Positions 30,183 through 39,448 of a stretch of 64,000 nucleotides of DNA are shown here, in pieces. The notes under the pieces were generated by a model. That model worked only from the letters and a program-made list of their open reading frames with translations, did no database searches and had not been told where the DNA came from. The stretch's first letter is position 1; each line of letters begins with the position of its first letter. The DNA comes from Myxococcota bacterium (GTDB lineage Bacteria; Myxococcota_A; Polyangia; Nannocystales; Nannocystaceae), in the NCBI GenBank assembly GCA_039028615.1, contig JBCCHT010000010.1, positions 32,001 through 96,000 on the forward strand, in the 5' to 3' direction. The translations under genes and the position numbers were made by a program.

Positions 30183-33100
30183 GCGAGGGCGGCACGGGGA
30201 CGGTGGGCCCGTGCCCCGACGAGACCGTGCTCGCCGAGATGGCCCAGGGCGGGCTCTCGCCCGAGGAAGTCGAAGAGGTCGAGTCCCACCTCGATCAGTG
30301 CGAGCAGTGCTGCCAGGTGGTGGCCGAGCTCGTGCGCATCTTTGCCGAGCCCTCGGCCGATGGCCCCGGCCTGCCCGCAGGGCCGCTGTCGGAGGACGAC
30401 CTCGACGGTCTCGGGACCGACGAGATGGCGGTCACCCTCGGGGTCGACGACGAATCCCCACGTCCGCTGGGACCCATGCTCTCGTCGGGCGCGGCGGTCG
30501 GCCGCTATCGCGTGCTCGAGTGTGTGGGCGTGGGCGGGATGGGCGTGGTCTATGCCGCCTACGATCCCGAGCTCGATCGTCGGGTGGCGCTCAAGCTGCT
30601 GCGGGGCTCCAGCAGCGAAGCGGGCAGCCAGGGACGCGGGGCACGGCTCTTGCGGGAGGCCCAGGCGCTCGCCAAGCTCAGCCATCCCAACGTCATCACC
30701 GTGCACGACGTGGGGACCTGGGAGGGCCAGGTCTTCGTGGCGATGGAGTTCATCGACGGCGGCTCCCTCAAGGACTGGATGGAGCAGGACGGACGCTCGT
30801 GGCCGGAGATCCGCGAGGTCTTCGTGGCCGCGGGACGAGGCCTGGCCGCCGCGCATGCGATGGGCATGGTCCATCGCGACTTCAAGCCGGACAACGTGCT
30901 CATCGGCAGCGACGGCCGGGTGCGGGTGACCGACTTCGGGCTCGCGCGTTGGGGCGAGTCGCGGAGGGGGGCCGAAGACCTCGTGGCCACCGACGAGCTG
31001 GCGTCGTCGGGCTCTTGGCGGGCCAGCGCGGAGCTCATTTCGCAGGCCAAGGTCCCGATGGTCTCGCTGACGGAGACGGGCACGCTGGTGGGCACGCCCG
31101 CCTATATGGCGCCCGAGCAGTACGAGCAGCGGCCCGCCGACGCGGCGACCGATCAGTTTGCGTTCTGCGTGGCCTTGTTCGAGGCGATCTACGGCGAGCG
31201 GCCCTTTGCTGGCGACACGCTGGTGGAACTGGTCTCCAACGTGCTCGATGGGCGCTTGGCCGAGGGCACCCGCGATGTGGTGGTGGTGCCGCGGCGCGTG
31301 CGGCAGGCGCTGCGTCGCGGGCTGTCGCGCAAGCGCAAGGATCGCTTCGCCAACATGACCGAGCTGCTCATGGTGCTCGATCGCCGCCCGGCCCGGTGGT
31401 GGCGGTGGGGGCTGGCCGTGGGTGTGCCCGTCGTGCTCGGAGCGGGCTTGCTGGCGCAGCTACAGCGGGATCCTCCGCAAGCGCCTCGCTCCGCATTCTG
31501 TCGCGAAGAGAGCGGGCTCGGCTCGGTCTGGACGCCCACGCGGCGACAGGCGGCCGAGGACGCATTCACGGCGACGGGGCTCGGCTATGCCCCCGAGGCG
31601 GCCGAGCGGGCGCTCGCGGCCGTCGACGACTACGTCGGGCGGTGGGAAGAAGCACGCGCGTACTCGTGCGTGCCCGACGAGTCCGAGCAAGGGCCCGAGC
31701 TGGCGGTCTTGCGAGCCCGCTGCTTGTCGCGGCATCGGGTCGCGCTGGAGACGTTGCTCGAGACCTTCGACGAGCCGAATGAAAAAACGGTGGCCCGCGC
31801 GGTGGGGGCGGTGGCGGGCTTGCCCGAGATCGAAAACTGCTCCGACGCCGACAAGCTGATGGCCGGCTTGCCTCCGCCCGTGCCTCCCGAGCAGCGCGAG
31901 GCTGTGGAGCGGGTGCGCGACGAGCTGGCCCGTGGCCACGGGTTGATCGCGGCGGGTCGCTACGCCGAGGGCCTCGAGCTGGCCAAGACGCTCGATGCGG
32001 AGGCCAAGGAAATCTCGCACCGCCCGCTGGAGGCGGAGACGCGATTTTTGCTGGGGCAGATGCTCGACCGCACGGCGACGCCCGAGGCGGCCGATGAAGC
32101 CTTTGCCGAGGCGGCCCTGCTCGCGGTGGCCGCCCGCCACCGCAAGATCGCCGCGAAGTCGCTGATGCACCGCGTCTACGTGGCGGGGGCGCTGTTGGCT
32201 CGCACCGAAGAGGCCGAAGCGCTCGGGCGCTGGGCCGAGGCGGAGATCGAGGGGGCCGGCCTGGGCGCCAAGGCCATGGCGCCGCTGCTGCTCAACCTGG
32301 GGAGCGTGGCCTATCGGCGCGGGGACTACGACGGTGCGGCCAAGCTCTTCGCGCGCTCGCTGGAACTCATCGATCGCGAAAAAGACCCGCTGCGCTGGGC
32401 CGACGCCGCGTTCAACCTCGCCAGCGTGCAGGTCGTGCGGGGGCGCGAGGCCGAGGGCATCGTGGGGCTCGAGGAGTACATCGAGGTGTTCGAGGCGGCG
32501 GTCGGGCGCACGCACCCCGAGGTCGCGGTCGGCTACCAGAACCTCGGCATCGCCTACATGAACTTCGGGCGCAACAACGATGCCGAGAAGGTCCTGGCCA
32601 AGGCCGAGTCGATTCGTCGAGAGACGCTCGGCGAGGATCATCCCGAGTACGCGTCCACGCTCAACATGCTGGGGTCGCTGGCGATCGAGCAGGGGCGGGT
32701 CGAAGAGGGCATGCGCTACATTCGGCGCGCCATCGACATCCAGGTCGCAGCCGAGCTCGACACCGTGGCCATCGGCTACAAGCGCACCAGCCTGGCGCGC
32801 GCGCTGATGCAGCTGGGGCGACTCGAGGAGTCGGAACTCGAAGCCGAGCGCGCGCTAGAGGCCTTTCGCGAGAAGCTGGGAGACGAGCATCCCGACCTGG
32901 GACCGGTGTTCGAGATCCAGGCGGCGATCGCTGCCCATCGCAAGAACCCCAAGGAAGTGCGTCGGCTGATGTCCGAGGCGCGGCGGGTGCAGCGGGGCGT
33001 GCGGGATGCCGACGACCCCGATGCCGATCGCATCCTCGTCGACCGAGCGAGCCTGCTGGCGGAAGCGGGGGAGCGGGCGGAGGGCATCGGCATCCTGCGG

Positions 33101-33331
33101 GCGTACATCTCGGGGCTCAGCATCCAGCCGCGCTGGCAATCGGAGCCGCACGCCCGCATGCGCCTGGGCGAGATTCTGTGGTCGGAGCCCGCCAAGCGCG
33201 ACGAGGCGCGGGAGCTCATCCGGCAGGCGGAGATCGGCTTCCGAGCGCTCGAGATGGTCGGCGCCGCCGAGATCGCCCACGAGTTCCTGGCCGCGGATGC
33301 TCGCGGCGAGGACCCCCAGGCCGAGGACTGA
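30179..33331 (+). CDS. Ser/Thr kinase with N-terminal HxxxCxxC zinc finger, TM and TPRs
   Basis: HLDQCEQC; GVGGMG, HRDFKPDN, DFG, GTPAYMAPEQ; ATGA overlap with the hydrolase gene. Confidence 0.93.
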   Translation: MSEGGTGTVGPCPDETVLAEMAQGGLSPEEVEEVESHLDQCEQCCQVVAELVRIFAEPSADGPGLPAGPLSEDDLDGLGTDEMAVTLGVDDESPRPLGPMLSSGAAVGRYRVLECVGVGGMGVVYAAYDPELDRRVALKLLRGSSSEAGSQGRGARLLREAQALAKLSHPNVITVHDVGTWEGQVFVAMEFIDGGSLKDWMEQDGRSWPEIREVFVAAGRGLAAAHAMGMVHRDFKPDNVLIGSDGRVRVTDFGLARWGESRRGAEDLVATDELASSGSWRASAELISQAKVPMVSLTETGTLVGTPAYMAPEQYEQRPADAATDQFAFCVALFEAIYGERPFAGDTLVELVSNVLDGRLAEGTRDVVVVPRRVRQALRRGLSRKRKDRFANMTELLMVLDRRPARWWRWGLAVGVPVVLGAGLLAQLQRDPPQAPRSAFCREESGLGSVWTPTRRQAAEDAFTATGLGYAPEAAERALAAVDDYVGRWEEARAYSCVPDESEQGPELAVLRARCLSRHRVALETLLETFDEPNEKTVARAVGAVAGLPEIENCSDADKLMAGLPPPVPPEQREAVERVRDELARGHGLIAAGRYAEGLELAKTLDAEAKEISHRPLEAETRFLLGQMLDRTATPEAADEAFAEAALLAVAARHRKIAAKSLMHRVYVAGALLARTEEAEALGRWAEAEIEGAGLGAKAMAPLLLNLGSVAYRRGDYDGAAKLFARSLELIDREKDPLRWADAAFNLASVQVVRGREAEGIVGLEEYIEVFEAAVGRTHPEVAVGYQNLGIAYMNFGRNNDAEKVLAKAESIRRETLGEDHPEYASTLNMLGSLAIEQGRVEEGMRYIRRAIDIQVAAELDTVAIGYKRTSLARALMQLGRLEESELEAERALEAFREKLGDEHPDLGPVFEIQAAIAAHRKNPKEVRRLMSEARRVQRGVRDADDPDADRILVDRASLLAEAGERAEGIGILRAYISGLSIQPRWQSEPHARMRLGEILWSEPAKRDEARELIRQAEIGFRALEMVGAAEIAHEFLAADARGEDPQAED

Positions 33332-33339
33332 GCCGGGGC

Positions 33340-34041
33340 TCAGCTCTCGAGCGCTCGGGTGAGCCGGGTTCGTCGCTCGGCCAATGAGCTGAGCTTGGGG
33401 TCGTCCCGGTCGCTTCCATCGTCGGCCCGGGCCAAGGCGCGGTCGAGCCGAGCCCGCTCGGCCCGCAGCCAGTCCAAGAACACCGCCGGTCGCTGGCGCA
33501 TGAGCCGGGGGCCGAGCAGCAGCTCGTCCTCGCTCCACGTCTCCGTCGCACTGGCCTGGGGGTTCACAGCGAGGACCACGTAGAACTTCCCGCGGTCCTC
33601 GACCATGCGCTCGTCGTCGAGGGCAAAGCCGCGCTCGCCGATCCAGCGCCGCACGTTCGTCCACTCGGTGTTGGGCTGGAGCACGAGCCGGGACAGACCC
33701 GAGACCACCGCCGAGGCGGTGTCGACCAGTCGCATCATGCGGGCGCCGCCCATGCCCGCGATCGAGACCGTGTCGACCTCGCCGGGCCGCAGCGGCGTGA
33801 GGCCATCGCCGCGCCGCAGCTGCACATCGTCGATCCCGGCCGCCCGCAGCGTGGCCTCGGCCTGCCGCAGCGGACCTTCCGCGATGTCGACCCCGATGCC
33901 TCGCTCGATCCGTCCCCGGGCGCGTAGCCACGCCAGCAGCTGTGCATGGTCGGTGCCCACGTCGGCCAGCCGCGCCCCCACGGGCACCAACGCGGCCACC
34001 GTGCGCAGCCGCGAACCGAGCTCGACTAATTGCGCTTCCAC
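33340..34041 (-). CDS. trmK: tRNA (adenine22-N1)-methyltransferase, TrmK family
   Basis: ADVGTDHAQL, RGDGL, IAGMGG, LVLQPN. Confidence 0.85.
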   Translation of the reverse strand: MEAQLVELGSRLRTVAALVPVGARLADVGTDHAQLLAWLRARGRIERGIGVDIAEGPLRQAEATLRAAGIDDVQLRRGDGLTPLRPGEVDTVSIAGMGGARMMRLVDTASAVVSGLSRLVLQPNTEWTNVRRWIGERGFALDDERMVEDRGKFYVVLAVNPQASATETWSEDELLLGPRLMRQRPAVFLDWLRAERARLDRALARADDGSDRDDPKLSSLAERRTRLTRALES

Positions 34042-37000
34042 GCCGCTCGCACTCGGCCCGGCATCATGCGGTAGGCGCAGGGCATGACGAGCAGGGTCAG
34101 CAGGGTGGCGAAGCTCAGGCCGCCGATGACCGCCACCGCCAGCGGCTGACGGAGGGCGGCGCCTTCACCCAGCCCCAGCGCCATGGGCAGCAGCCCCAGC
34201 ACGGTGGTCAGCGTGGTCATGATGATGGGGCGCACGCGCACCCGGCCCGCCTCGACCAGCGCCGTGTTCACGTCCATGCCCTCGCCACGCCGATCGTTGA
34301 CCGCGTTGATGAGCACGATGGCGTTGTTGACCACGATGCCGCCCAGCACGATCACCCCGATGCCCATCATCGCAGACAGCGGCAGATCGGTGACCCACGC
34401 GGCCAGCGAGACCCCGGCCAGCGCCAGCGGCACGGTGAACATGATCAAGAACGGATGCAGCAGGCTCTCGAAGCTCGACGCCATGACCACGTAGACCAAG
34501 AAGATCGACAGCAGGGTGGTCATGGTGAGGCTGCGGAGCGAGACCTCCATCTCGTCGGCTTGGCCCCCGAGCACGGTGTCGATGCTGGGGTCGGCCTCGG
34601 CGTGCTCGTCGATGACCGCCTGGACGCGAGCGGAGAGGCCGGCCAGGTCGACGCTCTCGCTGCGCGCCTGAATCCGAACCCCGCGACGCCCGTTGATGCG
34701 GCGAATCTCCGAGGGGCCGCGGCCGCCGTCGACCTGGGCCACCGCGTCGAGCCGCACCGCCACGCCATCGACGGTGGCGACCTGGATGCGCGAGACGTCT
34801 TCGACGCTGCGGCGGTCGACCTCGGGCAGGCGCACGCGAATGTCGAGCTGCTCGTCGGCGGCGAACATGGTGCTGACCACCTCGCCCTGCACGGCACGCT
34901 GGACCGCGGTCGCGGTGGCCTCGACCGTCAGGCCCAGTCGACCCAGGCGCTCGTGGTCGAAGTGCACGCGGACTTCGGGGCGGCCGTCGAGGTCGTCGGG
35001 GAGCACGTCGAGCAGGCCATCGATCTCGGACAGCGCGGGCAGCAGGCGCTCGACGTGCGGGGTGACGCGCTCGGGATCTTCGCCGAAGACCTGGAGCTCG
35101 ATGGGCGGCGCGAACGAGAACAGGGCCGGGCGCCCGAGCTGGAGCAGGGCGTCGGGCTCGGGCAGGGCGGCCCGCATCTTTTGCATGAGCCGAGCTTCGA
35201 TGTCGGCCTGGCGGTCCATCGCGCCCGGCACGAGGTGGACGTCGATCTGCCCCAGGTGCGAGCCGGTGAGGCTGCCGCCCGCGCTGCCGGCCCGGGTGAG
35301 GCTACCGACCCGGGCGAAGCGAAGCGCGACATCGGGGTCATCGGCGAGGGCCTCGCTCATCGCTTGCATGGCCGCGGTGGTGCGCGGGAGCGAGGCGCCC
35401 TGGGGCAGCCGGACCTGCACGAACAGCTCACCCTGGGCGACCTCGGGCAGCAGCGTACGGCCCCGATCTTCGACGAGCTTCACCGCCATCACGCAGGCCC
35501 CCACCGCCGCGGCCAGCACCAGCACGCGAGCGCTGAGGGCCACCCGCAAGATGGGGGCGTAGGTCCGCTCGAGCTGCTCGTAGGCCCAGGTAAAGGGCCG
35601 GGACAGCACGTGCAGCAGCAGCGCCAGCCCCTTGACGAGCAGGGCCAGCGGCCAAAAGAGCAGCCCGATGACCCCGCCGAAGAGCCAGGCTAGGGGCGAG
35701 CGTGGGCGGCCCTGGTCGGCCTCTTCTTCGGGGCGATCGCCGAGGCTCTGGAGCACGGGCACCAGCGTCAGGCTCACCACCATCGAGGAGAGCATGCTGA
35801 AGCTGACCGCATAGCTGAGGTCTCGCACCAGCTGGCCCGCCACGCCCTCGACGAAGGACATGGGGAAGAACACCGCGACGGTGGTGAGGGTGGACGCGAG
35901 CACGGAGGTGGCGACCTCGGAGGTGCCCGCCACCGCCAGCTGAGCGCGGCTGGGGATCGGCGTGCCGTCGAGCTCGTTGGCCTCGATGGCGCTCTCGCGC
36001 ACGCGCGCGATCGCTTCGAGCACGACGATGCTGTTATCGACGAGCATGCCCACGCCGAGCGCGAGCCCACCCAGGCTCATCACGTTGAGCGAGACGCCCA
36101 GGCCGGACAGCGGGATGAAGGTGGCCAACAGCGAGATGGGGATGGCGGCGGCGATGACCACCGTGGCCCGCAGCTCTCGCAGGAAGAACAGCAGCACCAG
36201 CACGGCCAGGACACCACCGATGAGGGTGTTGTCGCGGACCTCCTGCACCGCGGCTTCGATGAACTCGGCGCGGTTGCTCAGGACGACCAGCTCGTGCCCG
36301 GGCGGCAGGCGGAGCTGCGGAATGGCCTCGCGCAGCGCCTGGGCCACGGCCACGATGTTGGCGTCGCCCTCGCGATAGACGGCCAGCTCGATGCCCTCGG
36401 CGTCGTCGACGAGCGCCAGCTCTTCGCGCTCGGTGGGCAGGCGCCGGATCTTGGCGACCTCGCGCAGCCGCAGCTCGGCCCCGTTGGCGCTGCGGATGAC
36501 CGTCTCGCCCAGCTGCTCGGGGGTCCGGGCCTCGTGCAGCGTGCGGATGAGCCAGCGTCGATGCCCCTCGGTGATCGCCCCGCCCGGTTGGTTGACGTTG
36601 CTGGTGCGGATCGCCGCCGCGACCTCTTCGGTGGACAGGCCCAGGGCAGCGACCCGAGCCGGGTCGAGCTCGACGAGGACTTCCTCTTCCTGGCCGCCGT
36701 GCAGCTGGACTGCGGCCACGCCCGAGATCTTCTCGAGCTGGCGCTTCACCAGGCGATCGGCGCGCTGCCGCAGGCTGGCCAGGTCCTGGTCGCTGAGGAC
36801 GGCGGTGGGCCCCCGCAGCGCCAGCCGCATGATGGGCTCTTGGGCGGGGTCGTAGCGCAGGACCACCGGGCGCTCGGCGGTCATCGGCAGGCGCACGCGG
36901 TCGAGCTTCTCGCGGACGTCGGCCATCGCGTGGTCGACCGCGGTGCCCCACTGAAAGTCGAGCACCACCTCGGAGGTCCCCTCGCGGGATGAAGACTCCA

Positions 37001-37241
37001 CGCTCAGCACCCCGGGCACGGCACCGACCCGCTCCTCGATGGGGCGGGTGATGAGCTCCTCGATCTCCACCGGGGCCGCGTTGGCATCGGTGGTCTGGAT
37101 GGTGATGGTGGGGTAGCTGAGGTCCGGGAGCAGCTCGACGGGCAGTCGGCTCGCGGCGACGAGGCCGAAGACCAATACCGCAATGGTGGCCATGGTGGTG
37201 GTCACCGGGTGGAGGACCGTAGCCGCGATGAAGCCCCGCAC
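34026..37241 (-). CDS. RND efflux permease (AcrB family)
   Basis: LPVELLPDLSYP, GMLVDNSIVVLE, GIVVNNAIVL, RVRPIIMT; probable GTG start at 37241. Confidence 0.93.
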   Translation of the reverse strand: MRGFIAATVLHPVTTTMATIAVLVFGLVAASRLPVELLPDLSYPTITIQTTDANAAPVEIEELITRPIEERVGAVPGVLSVESSSREGTSEVVLDFQWGTAVDHAMADVREKLDRVRLPMTAERPVVLRYDPAQEPIMRLALRGPTAVLSDQDLASLRQRADRLVKRQLEKISGVAAVQLHGGQEEEVLVELDPARVAALGLSTEEVAAAIRTSNVNQPGGAITEGHRRWLIRTLHEARTPEQLGETVIRSANGAELRLREVAKIRRLPTEREELALVDDAEGIELAVYREGDANIVAVAQALREAIPQLRLPPGHELVVLSNRAEFIEAAVQEVRDNTLIGGVLAVLVLLFFLRELRATVVIAAAIPISLLATFIPLSGLGVSLNVMSLGGLALGVGMLVDNSIVVLEAIARVRESAIEANELDGTPIPSRAQLAVAGTSEVATSVLASTLTTVAVFFPMSFVEGVAGQLVRDLSYAVSFSMLSSMVVSLTLVPVLQSLGDRPEEEADQGRPRSPLAWLFGGVIGLLFWPLALLVKGLALLLHVLSRPFTWAYEQLERTYAPILRVALSARVLVLAAAVGACVMAVKLVEDRGRTLLPEVAQGELFVQVRLPQGASLPRTTAAMQAMSEALADDPDVALRFARVGSLTRAGSAGGSLTGSHLGQIDVHLVPGAMDRQADIEARLMQKMRAALPEPDALLQLGRPALFSFAPPIELQVFGEDPERVTPHVERLLPALSEIDGLLDVLPDDLDGRPEVRVHFDHERLGRLGLTVEATATAVQRAVQGEVVSTMFAADEQLDIRVRLPEVDRRSVEDVSRIQVATVDGVAVRLDAVAQVDGGRGPSEIRRINGRRGVRIQARSESVDLAGLSARVQAVIDEHAEADPSIDTVLGGQADEMEVSLRSLTMTTLLSIFLVYVVMASSFESLLHPFLIMFTVPLALAGVSLAAWVTDLPLSAMMGIGVIVLGGIVVNNAIVLINAVNDRRGEGMDVNTALVEAGRVRVRPIIMTTLTTVLGLLPMALGLGEGAALRQPLAVAVIGGLSFATLLTLLVMPCAYRMMPGRVRAAWKRN

Positions 37242-37248
37242 GGGCGAC

Positions 37249-38406
37249 TCAGCTCCCTGCGGAGTCCTTGGCTTGTTTTTCGGCCGAGGGCTCGGCCGCG
37301 GCGACCTCGGGCTCGATCGGCCGCAGCGGCATGCCCTCGGTGATCCCCGAGTTGCCCTCGACCACGATCGCATCGTCGACGCTCACCCCGGCCAGCACCT
37401 CGACCCGATCGGCGCCCTCGAGGCCGACCTCGATCTCGCGCCGCTGCGCCTTTTCTTCGGCGATGACGTAGACGTGCGGCTTGCCCTGGTGCTCGAAGAT
37501 GGCGCTGCGCGGCAGGCTCGGCGCGGAGGCACGGGAGTCGACGAGGACCTTGGCGCGAGCAAAGGCTCCCGGGGCGGCGACCTTCGGGGGGTCGCTGGCC
37601 CGCATCGTGAACTTCACCGTGCCCGTCATGGGGTCGACGACCGGAGAGCGCCGCTCGATCTTGGCCTGGAAGATCGTGCCGTCGACCAGCTCGACCTCGA
37701 CGTCCGAGCCGACCTCGACCGAGGCCGCGTCTTTCTCGGGCAGGTGCAGCGGCAGCTCCAGCACGGCCAAGTCGGCGAGGTGGAACAGCGCGGTGGCGGT
37801 GGACGCCAGGTTGCCCTCGTCGACGTAGCGGGTGACGATCGTCCCGTCGAAGGGGGCGCGGATCGTCGTCTGCTTGGCCTGGTGCCGCGACAGCTTGAGC
37901 GACGCGCGGGCCTCCTCGACCAGGTAGCGCTGCTTGTCGATCTCCTCGCGCGATATGACCGCGGCATCGGCCGATTCCAGCCGCCGCAGCTCCGCTTCGA
38001 GGTTGGCCAGCGCGAGCTTGCCCGCGTCGGCCTGGAGCGACAGCTCGCGGCCATCGAGGCGCGCGAGCTTCTGACCCTTGCGGACAAAATCGCCCTCGTC
38101 GGCGAAGAGCGCTTCGATGATGGCCGGCTGCACCGCGACCAGCTCGGCCGAGCGCAGGGCCTCGAGCGTCCCCGAGCTGCGATACCAACGTTCGATGGTC
38201 GCCTCGCGCAGGTGCACGACGTTCGCCTGCATGGCGTCCCGGGGCGGGCCCCCGCGACCACGGCCGCCTTTGCCCTTGCCACCGCCGCGCTTGCCTTCGG
38301 CCCCACTCGAGCCCCCGGCGTCGCTGCATGCGAGCACGCCCTGGCCGGTTGCGAACAGCAACGCCAGCGCGACCGCAAGGCGACGAGGAGTGGAGCGGCG
38401 GTCCAT
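37249..38406 (-). CDS. RND periplasmic adaptor (MFP) lipoprotein
   Basis: Lipobox VLA-C; EGDFVRKGQKLARLD, IRAPFDG, VDPMTGT. Confidence 0.92.
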   Translation of the reverse strand: MDRRSTPRRLAVALALLFATGQGVLACSDAGGSSGAEGKRGGGKGKGGRGRGGPPRDAMQANVVHLREATIERWYRSSGTLEALRSAELVAVQPAIIEALFADEGDFVRKGQKLARLDGRELSLQADAGKLALANLEAELRRLESADAAVISREEIDKQRYLVEEARASLKLSRHQAKQTTIRAPFDGTIVTRYVDEGNLASTATALFHLADLAVLELPLHLPEKDAASVEVGSDVEVELVDGTIFQAKIERRSPVVDPMTGTVKFTMRASDPPKVAAPGAFARAKVLVDSRASAPSLPRSAIFEHQGKPHVYVIAEEKAQRREIEVGLEGADRVEVLAGVSVDDAIVVEGNSGITEGMPLRPIEPEVAAAEPSAEKQAKDSAGS

Positions 38407-38434
38407 CGGCGCCCTTTTATGCCATGCTCCAGCC

Positions 38435-38731
38435 ATGCCTGGGCACACCCCATCGCGGGCTCCGTCGAGAGAGCTGCTGCTGGCCAATCACCAGTTCCCC
38501 GGACCCTACGTCATCAAGGCGTTTGGGCCCGCGGAGGGTGGGTTTGCGGCTGGAATCGAGGCCGCGGCGGTCGAAGTCGTCGGCGATTCGCGCGCCGATG
38601 TGCAGCAGCGCACAAGCAGCCGCGGCAACAAGGTCTGTGTGACGCTCACAGTGAATGCCTTCACCGTGGAAGAGGTCATCGATATCTACGAACGAGTGCA
38701 CCTGGTGCCCGACTTGCGCATGATTTTGTGA
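38435..38731 (+). CDS. DUF493/YbeD-like small protein
   Basis: HQFPGPYVIKAFG...SSRGNKVCVTL...IYE. Confidence 0.75.
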   Translation: MPGHTPSRAPSRELLLANHQFPGPYVIKAFGPAEGGFAAGIEAAAVEVVGDSRADVQQRTSSRGNKVCVTLTVNAFTVEEVIDIYERVHLVPDLRMIL

Positions 38732-38829
38732 GTCGAGTCACTTTTTGTCTCTCGACCTCGAGCCCCCGGCTCCCCGATCGTCATCCCGCTCATCCCGACT
38801 CCCCCGACAGACTCCCCAAAGACACCACC

Positions 38830-39444
38830 ATGTTTCATCGCCATCGCTTTGTATCCGCCGCCGTCGTCGCCCTCTCGCTGTCTGCCCTCGCGGGCTGCAA
38901 GCCCAAGGCGATCCGTGGCGGCGAGGGCACGGAGAACCCCAACTTCGACGAAGGAGCGATGAGCACCGGGCTCGACCGTCGCGACCTCGAGGACCTCATG
39001 AAGAAGAACATGTCGTCCCTGGTGGGCTCGCCGCTGTGGGCGCAATGGCGCGGTGATGCCGATACCCCGGTCGTCGCCATCTGGCCGATCAAGAACGACA
39101 CCTCCGAGCACCTCGACGATCAGATGCTCACGCTGCTCTCCGACATGGAGACCGAGCTCATCAACAGCGGCGTCGTCGCCGTGGTGAGCCGCGAGCGTCA
39201 GGCCGAGATGATGGCCGAGGCCAACATGCAGCAGGGCGCGGACTTCAACCCCGCGCTCGCTTCGGAGATCGGCCGTCAGATCGGCGCCAAGTACTTCCTC
39301 ACCGGGAAGCTCCAGTCGGTCGACGAGCGCATCAACAAGGAGCGGCGGGTCCAGTACACCTTGTTCATGCAGGTGATCGAGGTCGAGACCAGCTTGGTTC
39401 GCTTCCAGACCAAGTCCGAGCGCACCAAGGGCATCGTTCGCTAG
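38830..39444 (+). CDS. LpoB-like (CsgG/HfaB-fold) lipoprotein
   Basis: Lipobox LAG-C; IKNDTSEHLD, IGRQIGAKYFLTGKL. Confidence 0.78.
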   Translation: MFHRHRFVSAAVVALSLSALAGCKPKAIRGGEGTENPNFDEGAMSTGLDRRDLEDLMKKNMSSLVGSPLWAQWRGDADTPVVAIWPIKNDTSEHLDDQMLTLLSDMETELINSGVVAVVSRERQAEMMAEANMQQGADFNPALASEIGRQIGAKYFLTGKLQSVDERINKERRVQYTLFMQVIEVETSLVRFQTKSERTKGIVR

Positions 39445-39448
39445 GCGC

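Noticed and set aside
19952..33343. Similar short palindromes CTGAGCCGGGG(G)CTC at two convergent gene junctions (about 19952 and 33328)
   Set aside because: Only two short GC-rich copies; insufficient to call a REP family
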